Shown: positions 1-9,434 of the stretch, one piece after another | Layout of the letters: the number at the start of each line of letters is the position of its first letter | How positions within the stretch are numbered: the stretch's first letter is position 1 | NCBI GenBank assembly: GCA_944385365.1 | Contig: CALWWW010000004.1 | Coordinates: 7,297 to 71,296 of the forward strand | Direction of reading: 5' to 3' | DNA: 64,000 nt | From: an uncultured Oscillospiraceae bacterium | GTDB lineage: Bacteria; Bacillota; Clostridia; Oscillospirales; Oscillospiraceae | Notes under the pieces: model-generated | Database searches by the model: none | Told to the model about the DNA's origin: nothing | What the model saw: the letters and a program-made list of their open reading frames with translations, nothing else | Program-made: the position numbers and the translations under genes

Positions 1-2
1 AC

Positions 3-641
3 TTCTTCACCTGGCCCGCCGTCTTTGCGGCGGTGGTGGGCCTGATTCTGTGCCTGTGGCGGCGGCGGGGGGCCTTGTCCCTGTGGGCTATCGCCATGAT
101 TTTGGAGGCGGCCACCATCGTGGCGGTTATCCGTCTGGGCTACTATCTGATTTTCCTGTCCCCTCTGGTGGCCCTGCTGACCGCCGCTTGGGTGCCGGAG
201 CTGGTCCGCTTCCGCAAGGCCGGATGGGCTGCCGCAGCGGCGGTGGTCTGCGCCGTGGCGGCTTTTGCCGGATGGAACAGCCTGCAAACGGCCCGCACGG
301 TGGTGGCGGTCAAGGATACCATCACCCAGCAGGCGGAAATCATCAAAAGCGTGACGGCGGAGGGTGACTGTGTGGCCATTGCCGCCTCGGACCCGGTCTT
401 GCTGGGAGCCTGTGAGCGCATGGGCTACCGGGCCAACATCCGTTATTACGATTACATCCCCACGGAACCGGCGGCGGAATTGGACTACTACCGCAGCCAG
501 GGTGTCCGATGGTTTATTGCCCCCGGCGGACAGGTGGCGGGACAGGACGGCGAAGCCTATTTACAGCTGCTCCGGGACACCTGTAAAACCGCATGGGACG
601 ACGAACTGTGTACCATTTTTGATCTGGAGGCGGCCAAATGA
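3..641 (+). CDS. Polytopic membrane protein, 5'-truncated; probable C-terminal part of a GT-C (ArnT/PMT-like) glycosyltransferase
   Basis: Frame is open from base 3. Several hydrophobic helices are followed by a soluble C-terminal domain. The stop overlaps the gtrA-like start (ATGA at 638-641). The family call rests mainly on the GtrA/GT2 context. Confidence 0.5.
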   Translation, partial: FFTWPAVFAAVVGLILCLWRRRGALSLWAIAMILEAATIVAVIRLGYYLIFLSPLVALLTAAWVPELVRFRKAGWAAAAAVVCAVAAFAGWNSLQTARTVVAVKDTITQQAEIIKSVTAEGDCVAIAASDPVLLGACERMGYRANIRYYDYIPTEPAAELDYYRSQGVRWFIAPGGQVAGQDGEAYLQLLRDTCKTAWDDELCTIFDLEAAK

Positions 642-1072
642 TGCAAGGGCTGTTACAGCGATACCGAAAACTGCCCCCTATGGCAAAATATCTGGCCATC
701 TCGATTTTTGTGACGGTCATCGATACGGCGGTGGTGTGGATTCTGTCCATGCAGCTGTCGGTGAATCTGACGGCGGCCAATACCGCCGGTGTCATTGTGG
801 GTCAGATCATCCACTATTCCATGGCTTCGGGTCAGGTCTTTGATATGGAGTTCGGACCCATCGGCGCCGTGATCTACTTCGGCACCTTTGTCCTGGGACT
901 GCTGCTGGCCAACTGGATTATCACCACGGCGTTCAGTCTCAGTGTGGAGCTGCTGGGCGATCATCTGGCTTTTCTGTTTGCCAAGGGCTGCTCCATTGTG
1001 GGCCCCTTCTTTGCACTGTATTTCCTTAGAAAATTCCTGTATGGATTGGTAAAAAGGAGAAAAAACCAATGA
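638..1072 (+). CDS. GtrA-family membrane protein (lipid-linked sugar flippase-like)
   Basis: 144 aa with four hydrophobic segments and a GtrA-like pattern (VIDTAV...AANTAGVIVGQIIHY). Translationally coupled to both neighbours. Confidence 0.8.
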   Translation: MMQGLLQRYRKLPPMAKYLAISIFVTVIDTAVVWILSMQLSVNLTAANTAGVIVGQIIHYSMASGQVFDMEFGPIGAVIYFGTFVLGLLLANWIITTAFSLSVELLGDHLAFLFAKGCSIVGPFFALYFLRKFLYGLVKRRKNQ

Positions 1073-1821
1073 ATACCATTTTTGCCTGCCTGCCCTGCTA
1101 TAATGAGGAGCAGAACATTGTCCCTCTGGTGGAGGGCTGGCTGGCCCAGGAGGACCAGCTCCAGCGCCGCGGCTACCGGCTGGAAGTGGTGGCCATTGAC
1201 GACAAGAGCACCGACGCTACCCTGGAGAAGATGCAGGCCCTGGCGGCGGAGCATCCCCAGGTCACTGTGGTGGCCCACCCGGAAAACCGGAACCTGGGCG
1301 GCGGCCTCAACACCGCCGTGGACTATGTGTTGTCCCATGGTGGGCCCGGCGACGTCATGGCCGTCATGGACGGAGACAACACCCATGACCCCTGTTACGT
1401 CCACGCCATGCTGGACAAGCTGCGGAGCGCCGACGTGGTCATTGCTTCCCGGTATCAGTCCGGGGCGGAAATCCACGGCGTACCCCGCCACCGGCTGTTC
1501 CTCAGCGACGGGGCCAAGGCCTACTATACCATGATGCTCTCGGTGCCCAAGGTCCGGGATTATACCTGCGGGTACCGGCTGTACAAGTTTGCGGCCTTGC
1601 AGAAGGCCCGGCAGCAGTACGGCAGCCGCTTGATCACCCAGCGGTCCTTTGCCTGCATGATGGAGCTGCTGTATAAGCTCCACCGCTGCGGCTGCACCTT
1701 TGACGAGGTGCCATTCTCCCTGCGCTATGACAACAAGGGCGGCGAGAGCAAAATGCGGGTCCTGCGGACCATGAAGGACAGTCTGAAAACGGCCTGGCTT
1801 CTGCGCCGGGACAAGCTGTAA
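1069..1821 (+). CDS. Glycosyltransferase family 2 (polyprenol-phosphate glycosyltransferase/DPM1-like)
   Basis: Motifs LPCYNEEQNI, IDDKSTD, MDGDNTH (DxD), VIASRY, RDYTCGYRLY, DEVPFSLRYD. Confidence 0.9.
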   Translation: MNTIFACLPCYNEEQNIVPLVEGWLAQEDQLQRRGYRLEVVAIDDKSTDATLEKMQALAAEHPQVTVVAHPENRNLGGGLNTAVDYVLSHGGPGDVMAVMDGDNTHDPCYVHAMLDKLRSADVVIASRYQSGAEIHGVPRHRLFLSDGAKAYYTMMLSVPKVRDYTCGYRLYKFAALQKARQQYGSRLITQRSFACMMELLYKLHRCGCTFDEVPFSLRYDNKGGESKMRVLRTMKDSLKTAWLLRRDKL

Positions 1822-1846
1822 TTGGGAACAAAAGGAGGGGTAGGCC

Positions 1847-2935
1847 ATGCGGGCCTATGTGGTAGAGAAAGAGACGCTGCAAAGCAATATCCGCGCCATT
1901 TTGCAGCGGGCCGGAGATGTGCCGGTGTGGGCTGTCCTCAAGGGCAACGGTTACGGCCTGGGGATTGTTCCCTTCGCCAAAATGCTGCGGGAGCAGGGCG
2001 TGACCCGCTTCTGCGTCACGGAGCTGCGGGAGGCCAAGGCGCTGCGGCAGGCGGGCTTTACCGAGGAAGCTATTTTGATGCTACAGCCCACGGTGGAGCG
2101 GGAGGTTCTGGAACAGCTGCTGGACCTCCATGTGATCTGCACCGTGTCCAGCCGCGATGACGCGGTGGTCCTCAACGGCATCGCCAACGAGAAAGACATG
2201 GTGGCCGAGGCCCACATCAAAATTGACGTGGGCATGGGCCGTTACGGCTTTCTCCCCAAGGAGATGGACAAAATCCTCTCCATCTATGAATATATGGACG
2301 GCATTGCTGTCTCCGGCATCTATACCCATTTCCCCATGGCCTTTTGTTCGGAGAAAAAGACACGGGAGCAGTTTGAGCAGTTTACCTACGTGCTGGACCA
2401 GATTGCCGGACGGGGCTTTGAGACGGGAACGCCCCACTGCTGCAATTCGGCGGCCTTTTTCCGCTGGAAGGATATGCACCTGGGCGGCGTCCGTATCGGG
2501 TCTGCCTGGCTGGGCCGCATCAACGTCCGGGGCCACAACCTCCGGCGGGTGGGCTACTGCGTGGCACGGGTCCAGGAGATTCACTGGATCAAGCGGGGCG
2601 GCACCACCGGCTATGGCGGCGCGTGGCGGGCCAAAAAGCCTACGCGGCTGGCAGCGGTGCCCTTGGGCTGGTACCACGGCTTTGGTGTGGAGTACGGACG
2701 GGACAGCTTCCGGTTCCGGGACTGCATCCGGGGCAGCCTGTCACTGCTGAAAGCCTTTTTGCAGCGGAAAAAGCTGACGGTGCGCATTGGAGATCATCGG
2801 TGCCCCGTCCGGGGCCATGTGGGTATGCTCCACTGTATGGTGGATGTGACCGATGTGGACTGCCACGCTGGAGACCCGGTGCTCATCGATATCAATCCCC
2901 TGGTGCAGAAGGGCATGGACGTGGTATTCCGCTGA
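1847..2935 (+). CDS. alr: Alanine racemase-family PLP enzyme (divergent C-terminal pocket)
   Basis: AVLKGNGYGLG (PLP lysine), HIKIDVGMGRYG, GIYTHF, HCCNSAA, VRIG and GYG (second catalytic Tyr). Confidence 0.8.
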   Translation: MRAYVVEKETLQSNIRAILQRAGDVPVWAVLKGNGYGLGIVPFAKMLREQGVTRFCVTELREAKALRQAGFTEEAILMLQPTVEREVLEQLLDLHVICTVSSRDDAVVLNGIANEKDMVAEAHIKIDVGMGRYGFLPKEMDKILSIYEYMDGIAVSGIYTHFPMAFCSEKKTREQFEQFTYVLDQIAGRGFETGTPHCCNSAAFFRWKDMHLGGVRIGSAWLGRINVRGHNLRRVGYCVARVQEIHWIKRGGTTGYGGAWRAKKPTRLAAVPLGWYHGFGVEYGRDSFRFRDCIRGSLSLLKAFLQRKKLTVRIGDHRCPVRGHVGMLHCMVDVTDVDCHAGDPVLIDINPLVQKGMDVVFR

Positions 2936-2945
2936 ACCGCGCCCC

Positions 2946-2974
2946 TTGACACGGCGGCCCGCTGATGGTATAAT
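2946..2974 (+). promoter_or_regulatory. Consensus sigma-A promoter of the MATE gene
   Basis: TTGACA-17 nt-TATAAT with an extended -10 TG; perfect consensus. Confidence 0.85.
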
Positions 2975-3067
2975 GCGTGATGCGTCGGGGACGCTTCGTT
3001 TGATACATTATCGCCAACAAGTGTATGCTTGTTGGCGATTTTTTGCGTCAGGAGGTAGTTTTTTGAA

Positions 3068-4426
3068 ATGAAGGAAAAACACGTACAGAGCAACGCCTTT
3101 CTGGAGGGACCCATTCTGCCGCCGCTGGTGCGGTTTGCCCTGCCGTTGATCCTGTCCCTATTATTGCAGGGCTTATACGGCGCGGTGGACCTGGCGGTGG
3201 TGGGCCGGTTTGCCTCTACGGCCTCCACAGCCGCCGTGGCTGTGGGCAGTCAAATGATGATGACCATTACCGCTGTGGTGACGGGCCTGACCATGGGCGT
3301 CACGGTGCTGGTGGGAAAGGCCATCGGCGCCAATACGCCGCGGCAGGCGTCCCGGGTGGTGGCGGCACAGATTCGCCTGTTCCTGGTGGTGACGGTGGTG
3401 CTGACGGCGGCCATCTGGCTGTTGGCCCCCGCATCCATGGGCTGGATGCACGTGCCCGCCGACGCCGTGGACGAGACCTTGGCCTACTTGCGCATCTGCG
3501 GAAGCGGTATGGTGTTTGTGGCGGCCTACAACGGCATCAGCGGCATTTTCCGGGGACTGGGCAACTCCCGGATTCCCCTGCTGTTCGTCTTCCTGGCCTG
3601 CTGCATCAACGTGGTCCTGGATCTGGTCCTGGTGGCCGGGCTCCACATGGGCGCCGCCGGCGCCGCTGTGGCCACGGTGGTGGCCCAGGCCGGCAGCGTG
3701 GCGTTTTCTCTGGTGTATCTGCGCCGCCATCCCCTGCCCTTCGGCCTGTATCGGGAGGACTTCCACTGTCCCGGCATCCAGAAGCAGATTTTAAGCGTGG
3801 GCGCGCCCATTGCCCTCCAGGATACGCTGGTCAATACGTCCTTTCTGATCATCACCAGCATTGTCAACCGCCTGGGTCTGGTGGAGGCGGCGGGCATCGG
3901 CATCACGGAAAAGCTGTTCGTGTTCCTGTCCATGGTGCCCATGGCCTTTATGTCGGCGCTGTCCACCTTTGTGGCCCAGAATATGGGCGCGGGGCAGCCC
4001 CTGCGGGCCCGGCAGGCGGTTTCCGTGGCCCGGCGCATTTCCACGGTGGTGGGCGTGGGAATCTTTTTGCTGACCTTCTTCGGCGGCAGCCTGCTGGCGT
4101 CTCTCTTTGAGGATGACGCGGCGGTGGTGGCCGCGGCGGCGGCCTACTTCAAGGGCAGCTCCTTTGAATATCTGATGACACCGGCCATCTTCTGCTTCCT
4201 GGGGTATTTCAACGGCAGCGAACGGACCAAGTTTGTCATGTTCCAGGGCTTGGGCGCGGCGTTTCTGGTGCGGGTGCCCCTGTCCTACGGATTGAGCCTG
4301 CTGCCGGAAACGGGTATGTTCACCATTGCCCTGGCGGTGCCGGTGGCCTCCGTGGTGAGCCTGGTGGCCTGTATCCTCTACGACCGTCATCTCCATCGGA
4401 CAGAGTACGGCTCCCAGGGCGCCTGA
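3068..4426 (+). CDS. MATE-family efflux transporter
   Basis: 452 aa, about 12 TM segments, with LQGLYGAVDLAVVGRF, FRGLGNSRIPL and VAQNMGAG motifs. Confidence 0.9.
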   Translation: MKEKHVQSNAFLEGPILPPLVRFALPLILSLLLQGLYGAVDLAVVGRFASTASTAAVAVGSQMMMTITAVVTGLTMGVTVLVGKAIGANTPRQASRVVAAQIRLFLVVTVVLTAAIWLLAPASMGWMHVPADAVDETLAYLRICGSGMVFVAAYNGISGIFRGLGNSRIPLLFVFLACCINVVLDLVLVAGLHMGAAGAAVATVVAQAGSVAFSLVYLRRHPLPFGLYREDFHCPGIQKQILSVGAPIALQDTLVNTSFLIITSIVNRLGLVEAAGIGITEKLFVFLSMVPMAFMSALSTFVAQNMGAGQPLRARQAVSVARRISTVVGVGIFLLTFFGGSLLASLFEDDAAVVAAAAAYFKGSSFEYLMTPAIFCFLGYFNGSERTKFVMFQGLGAAFLVRVPLSYGLSLLPETGMFTIALAVPVASVVSLVACILYDRHLHRTEYGSQGA

Positions 4427-4478
4427 GACCGGAACAGCGCCTGCAACAAATTCCGATTCTTGGATAACAAGAAAAATC

Positions 4479-4507
4479 TTGACAGACGAAATCCCTTGCG
4501 ATACATT
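4479..4507 (+). promoter_or_regulatory. Putative sigma-A promoter upstream of the PAS chemoreceptor leader
   Basis: TTGACA-17 nt-TACATT. Confidence 0.55.
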
Positions 4508-4553
4508 TAGTATAAGAAACAGTTTTCGCGTGCGACTGGGAGAAAAGGCTGTG

Positions 4554-4605
4554 AAGGTGCGCCGAAGGAATCCCCCAATTTCGGGATGGCGGCGCACCTT
4601 TTTTT
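4554..4605 (+). terminator. Rho-independent terminator-like hairpin between the MATE and PAS-MCP genes
   Basis: AAGGTGCGCCG...CGGCGCACCTT stem with an inner ATCCC/GGGAT stem, followed by a run of 7 T. Confidence 0.7.
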
Positions 4606-4671
4606 GACGCGCATATACATGGAGAAGCGCCAATAAGCCAAGACTGTTGAGATGAGAAAGGAAGGCGCATA

Positions 4672-6159
4672 ATGTTCTCTTACGGCAACAAACAAACCAT
4701 AGATGCCCTGCGGAATATCTCCTTTGACGTGTTTACAGATGTGCAGAAGACTCCATCCAGCTTGCAGCTGCCCCATGCCGACGGGCTGCAAACGGAGCTC
4801 AACCGGGTGCTGGCGCTGTACCATCAGCGGATTCAGTGGGAAAGCAACAATGTACATCTGGTGAATCAGACCATATCCTCCGGTCTGTGGAATATGGATA
4901 TCGGTCCGGGCAATCAGGTGACGGCGGCCTATTGGTCCGACGATTTCCGCCATATGATTGGCTATAACAGTGTGCAGGACTTCCCTGACCGGCTGGAATC
5001 CTGGTCCGATCTGCTCCATCCGGAGGACAAGGACCGGACCTTGCAGCTGTTTGTTCAGACGTTGGCGGACCCCACGGGCAGAACCAAATATGATCTGGAG
5101 TACCGTCTGAAAACGCGGGATCGGGGCTACCGCTGGTACCGGGCGGCGGGCAATGTGCAGCGCAACCAGGAGGGCCGGGCCGTCCAGTTCATCGGCATTT
5201 TTGTGGATGTCAACGACGAGCACGAACGCAAGGTGGAGCTGGACCATATGCTCCAGCGGTACGCGGCCATAGACTATGTGACCACCCAGGGTTCTTTCTA
5301 CATCAAACTGTACCGCAACACCCTGAAAGCGCCGGAGAATGAAGCCTGGTTCTCCGACCCGTTCCGCAAGCAGCTGGGCTTTTTGGGAGAGACGGACTTC
5401 CCCAATCAGCTGAACCAGTGGCTGGACCGGATTCATCCGGAAGACCTGCCCGGATTCCTCCAGGAGGTCAACAACTGCATTTCCCAGCAGAACGGCCTGT
5501 TTGAGACGGAGTACCGCATTCAGCACCGGAACGGGGCGTATCTGTGGGTCCATGCCGTCATCCGTGTGGACAAGGAACAGAACAGCCGGAATCTGTCCAT
5601 GGTGGGCGTCATCAGCGATATCACCCAGCTGCACAACACCCGGGAACTGGTGGAGCAGAACATGAACACCCATGTACATACCCTGGGAGACTGCCTGGAA
5701 AAGATCAACCAGATGATTGGGGAAAATACGGAGGCCATGCAGCAGGTCATGAAGCGGCAGGCGGAGCTGGCCCAGATTTTGAAGAATTCCCAGGAGCAGA
5801 TGGAGCAGACAGCCAGCGCCGTCAGCGCCATTCAGAACATTTCCCGGCAGACCAACCTTCTGTCCCTCAACGCTTCTGTGGAGGCGGCCCGGGCCGGAAA
5901 CGCGGGCAAGGGCTTTGCCGTGGTGGCCGACGAGGTGCGCAGTCTGGCACAGAACAGCGATACGGTGTCCAAGGAGATTTCCACGGACCTGAACCAGATG
6001 CAGGAGTATGTGCAGAATGTGGCCCAGCAGTTTGAACTGCTCAACGAGGAAATTGCCAACCAGGACAAGAAGATGTCCACCATCGGCCAGATTGTGGAGG
6101 AGATTGACGCCACCGTATCCGATGTGAAAAAGGTTTTGGACAACCTGCTGGAACAGTAA
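4672..6159 (+). CDS. Soluble methyl-accepting chemotaxis protein with two PAS_3 domains
   Basis: Two PAS-like repeats ([11 protein letters not shown]...[12 protein letters not shown]; [10 protein letters not shown]...[14 protein letters not shown]). MCP hairpin [37 protein letters not shown]. No obvious TM segment. Confidence 0.9.
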   Translation: MFSYGNKQTIDALRNISFDVFTDVQKTPSSLQLPHADGLQTELNRVLALYHQRIQWESNNVHLVNQTISSGLWNMDIGPGNQVTAAYWSDDFRHMIGYNSVQDFPDRLESWSDLLHPEDKDRTLQLFVQTLADPTGRTKYDLEYRLKTRDRGYRWYRAAGNVQRNQEGRAVQFIGIFVDVNDEHERKVELDHMLQRYAAIDYVTTQGSFYIKLYRNTLKAPENEAWFSDPFRKQLGFLGETDFPNQLNQWLDRIHPEDLPGFLQEVNNCISQQNGLFETEYRIQHRNGAYLWVHAVIRVDKEQNSRNLSMVGVISDITQLHNTRELVEQNMNTHVHTLGDCLEKINQMIGENTEAMQQVMKRQAELAQILKNSQEQMEQTASAVSAIQNISRQTNLLSLNASVEAARAGNAGKGFAVVADEVRSLAQNSDTVSKEISTDLNQMQEYVQNVAQQFELLNEEIANQDKKMSTIGQIVEEIDATVSDVKKVLDNLLEQ

Positions 6160-6187
6160 CCGTTCACAAATTGACAGAAAACGACAG

Positions 6188-6230
6188 AACGAGAGACCCC
6201 CGAGTTTGGGGGTCTCTCGTTTTACTTTTT
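6188..6230 (+). terminator. Terminator of the PAS-MCP gene
   Basis: AACGAGAGACCCCC/GGGGGTCTCTCGTT stem followed by a T-rich tail. Confidence 0.75.
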
Positions 6231-6254
6231 TCAATAGGCTTGGAGGGTATGGAA

Positions 6255-6296
6255 CAAAAAACGGCCGGTGCGGAATGGTCCATTCCGCACCGGCCG
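6255..6296 (-). terminator. Terminator of ppdK
   Basis: 17-bp perfect inverted repeat at 6262-6296 with an adjacent A-run (T-run on the minus strand). Confidence 0.75.
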
Positions 6297-6311
6297 GCAA
6301 AGAATATATGC

Positions 6312-8945
6312 TTACTTTCTGGGATTCTTGATGTTGGCCTGCGCGGCAGCCAATCTGGCGATGGGCACGCGGAAGGGGCTGCAGGAGACATAGGTCAGGC
6401 CCACGTTGTGGCAGAACTCCACAGTGCTGGGATCGCCGCCCTGCTCGCCGCAGATGCCCAGCTTGATGTCGGGGCGGGTCTTGCGGCCCAGCTCGCAGGA
6501 CATCTGTACCAGACGGCCCACACCGGCCTGGTCCAGCTTGGAGAAGGGATCGGACTCATAGATCTTGTTGTCGTAGTAGCTGGCCAGGAACTTACCGGCG
6601 TCGTCACGGGAGAAGCCGAAGGTCATCTGGGTCAGGTCGTTGGTGCCGAAGGAGAAGAACTCGGCTTCCTTGGCGATATCGTCGGCGGTAAGGGCCGCAC
6701 GGGGAATCTCAATCATGGTGCCGACCTTGTAGTGCATGTCGGAACCGGCTTCCTTGATGAGCTTCTGGGCCGTGGCGTCGATGACGTTCTTGACGTAGGC
6801 CAGCTCGCGGGCTTCGCCGACCAGGGGAACCATGATTTCCGGCTCGATCTGCCAAGCGGGACGGCGGCTGCGGACAGCCAGGGCGGCCTTGATGATGGCG
6901 GAAGTCTGCATCCGGGCGATTTCGGGGAAGGTCACGTCCAGACGGCAGCCGCGGTGGCCCATCATGGGGTTGAACTCGTGGAGGGAGTGGATGACGTTGG
7001 TCAGGTGCTCCACGGAAATGTTCATTTCCTTGGCCAGGGCCTCGATATCGGCGGGGTCCGTGGGAACGAACTCATGCAGCGGGGGGTCCAGGAGACGGAT
7101 GGTGACCGGGCGGCCCTTCATGGCCTCGTAGATGGCCTCAAAGTCAGCCTGCTGCATGGGCTCCAGCTTGCTCAGAGCCTTTTCGCGCTGCTCCACCGTG
7201 TCGGAGACAATCATCTGGCGGATGGCGGAAATGCGGTCGGGATCAAAGAACATGTGCTCGGTACGGCACAGACCGATGCCCTCGGCGCCGAAGTTGACGG
7301 CCTGACGGGCGTCCTTGGGGGTGTCGGCATTGGTGCGGACCTGCAGGGCGCGGAACTTGTCGGCCCAGGCCATGATACGGCCAAACTCGCCGGAGATTTC
7401 GGCTTCGGCCGTGTGGAGCCGCTCGCCGTAGATGTTGCCGGTGGAGCCGTCGAGGGAAATCCAGTCGCCCTCCTTGTAGACCTTGCCGCCCAGCTCAAAC
7501 TTCTTGTTGGCTTCGTCCATCCTGATGGCGCCGCAGCCGGAGACGCAGCAGGTGCCCATGCCGCGGGCCACAACGGCGGCGTGGGAGGTCATGCCGCCGC
7601 GGACCGTCAGGATGCCGCGGGCAAAGTGCATACCCTCGATGTCCTCGGGAGAGGTCTCCAGACGGACCAGAATGACTTTCTCGCCCTTCTCCACCCAGGT
7701 GACCACGTCATCAGCGGTGAAGACAATGCGGCCGGCAGCAGCGCCGGGAGAGGCGGCAAGGCCCTGGCCGATGGGCTTGGCGCGCTCCAGCTCCTCCTTG
7801 GGGAAGGTGGGGTGCAGCAGGGCGTCCAGGCTCTTGGGGTCAATCATGGCCACGGCTTCCTGCTCGGTGATCATGCCCTCGTCCACCAGGTCGCAGGCAA
7901 TCTTCAAAGCGGCGGCGGCGGTGCGCTTGCCGTTACGGGTCTGGAGCATGAAGAGCTTCTTGTTCTCAATGGTGAACTCCATGTCCTGCATGTCGCGGTA
8001 GTGGTACTCCAGATTGTGGCAGATATCCACAAACTGATCGTAGACCTCGGGCATGACGTCCTTCAGCTGGTCGATGGTCTGGGGAGTACGGACGCCGGCC
8101 ACCACGTCTTCGCCCTGGGCGTTCATCAGGAACTCACCGAAGAGCTTCTTTTCGCCGGTGGCGGGGTTACGGGTAAAGGCAACGCCGGTGCCGGAGGTGT
8201 CGCCCATGTTGCCGAAGACCATCTCCTGGACGTTGACAGCGGTGCCCCAGGAGGAGGGAATATCGTTCATGCGGCGGTAGTAGATGGCGCGGGGGTTGTC
8301 CCAGGAACGGAACACGGCCTTGACGGCGCCCATGAGCTGCTCCTTGGGGTCCTGGGGGAACTCCTGGCCCAGCTTGTTGCGGTATTCGGCCTTGAACATC
8401 TCAGCCAGTTCCTTCAGGTCCTTGGCCGTCAGCTCGGTGTCCTGGGTGACGCCGCGCTTCTCCTTCATCTCGTCGATGAGCTGCTCAAAATACTTCTTGC
8501 CCACCTCCATGACGACGTCGGAGTACATCTGGATAAAGCGGCGGTAGGAATCATAGGCGAACCGGGGGTTCTTGGTCTTCTTGGCGAAGGCCTCCACCAC
8601 CTCGTCGTTGAGGCCCAGGTTCAGGATGGTGTCCATCATGCCGGGCATGGAGGCCCGGGCGCCGGAGCGGACGGAAACCAGCAGCGGGTTGGACATGGAG
8701 CCGAACTGCTTGCCGGTGATCTCCTCCAGCTTGGCGATATATTCCATGATCTGGCCTTCAATCTCGGGATTGATGGTCCGGTCATCGGCATAATACTGGG
8801 TGCAGGCTTCGGTGCTGATGGTGAAGCCGCGGGGCACGGGCATACCCATGCTGGTCATTTCCGCCAGGTTGGCGCCCTTGCCGCCCAGCAGTTCGCGCAT
8901 GCTACCATTGCCCTCGGAGAACAGGTAGATGTATTTGGTGGACAT
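6312..8945 (-). CDS. ppdK: Pyruvate, phosphate dikinase
   Basis: LLGGKGANLAEM, PLLVSVRSGARASMPGMMDTILNLG, GGMTSHAAVVARG (phospho-His), GIGLCRTEHMF, FFSFGTNDLTQ. Start placed at MSTKYIYLF. Confidence 0.97.
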   Translation of the reverse strand: MSTKYIYLFSEGNGSMRELLGGKGANLAEMTSMGMPVPRGFTISTEACTQYYADDRTINPEIEGQIMEYIAKLEEITGKQFGSMSNPLLVSVRSGARASMPGMMDTILNLGLNDEVVEAFAKKTKNPRFAYDSYRRFIQMYSDVVMEVGKKYFEQLIDEMKEKRGVTQDTELTAKDLKELAEMFKAEYRNKLGQEFPQDPKEQLMGAVKAVFRSWDNPRAIYYRRMNDIPSSWGTAVNVQEMVFGNMGDTSGTGVAFTRNPATGEKKLFGEFLMNAQGEDVVAGVRTPQTIDQLKDVMPEVYDQFVDICHNLEYHYRDMQDMEFTIENKKLFMLQTRNGKRTAAAALKIACDLVDEGMITEQEAVAMIDPKSLDALLHPTFPKEELERAKPIGQGLAASPGAAAGRIVFTADDVVTWVEKGEKVILVRLETSPEDIEGMHFARGILTVRGGMTSHAAVVARGMGTCCVSGCGAIRMDEANKKFELGGKVYKEGDWISLDGSTGNIYGERLHTAEAEISGEFGRIMAWADKFRALQVRTNADTPKDARQAVNFGAEGIGLCRTEHMFFDPDRISAIRQMIVSDTVEQREKALSKLEPMQQADFEAIYEAMKGRPVTIRLLDPPLHEFVPTDPADIEALAKEMNISVEHLTNVIHSLHEFNPMMGHRGCRLDVTFPEIARMQTSAIIKAALAVRSRRPAWQIEPEIMVPLVGEARELAYVKNVIDATAQKLIKEAGSDMHYKVGTMIEIPRAALTADDIAKEAEFFSFGTNDLTQMTFGFSRDDAGKFLASYYDNKIYESDPFSKLDQAGVGRLVQMSCELGRKTRPDIKLGICGEQGGDPSTVEFCHNVGLTYVSCSPFRVPIARLAAAQANIKNPRK

Positions 8946-9359
8946 AGTTTTCATTGACCCCTTTCCATATCTAGGGAGCGTTGTACTTCCTGGAAGTGCA
9001 AAAAATGATTTTTAACAAATGAAGTATAACACACGGTCCACCGTTTGAAAACCGCAGAATTGGAAATTTATCAAACATTGTGCAATGTTTTTAAAAACCT
9101 GTCGATATGATGCAGCGAATGGACAATATCACGAAAAAGTAGGCAAATTGCTGCAAATATAACTTTTATTTTTGTATAAAACATGGTAGAAACAGAATTT
9201 TTTCTGAGAATCCATCAGGAAGATATTTTCAGGATTATATAAAATACACAAAAAACGTTTCGCTCTTTTGTTCGTCATGCCGTATCCGGATTGCGGCGTT
9301 TTCCGGATTTTCTGAGAAAAACCATCCGGCGGCCTGGTTCGCCGCCGCTGCCGCCGGGT

Positions 9360-9388
9360 TTGACAAGAAAAGCGCCAGCGGGTACAAT
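9360..9388 (+). promoter_or_regulatory. Putative sigma-A promoter of the SLH protein gene
   Basis: TTGACA-17 nt-TACAAT. Confidence 0.7.
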
Positions 9389-9434
9389 AACAACAGTCTT
9401 CCGGTCACGGACCGGATATAGTGAGGAACCGACG

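Noticed and set aside
6171-8957. 928-aa ORF on the + strand
   Set aside because: Antisense shadow of ppdK.
8955-9350. CcpA cre site in the AT-rich ppdK upstream region
   Set aside because: Candidates such as TTGAAAACCGCAGAA mismatch the core CG position; not supportable.
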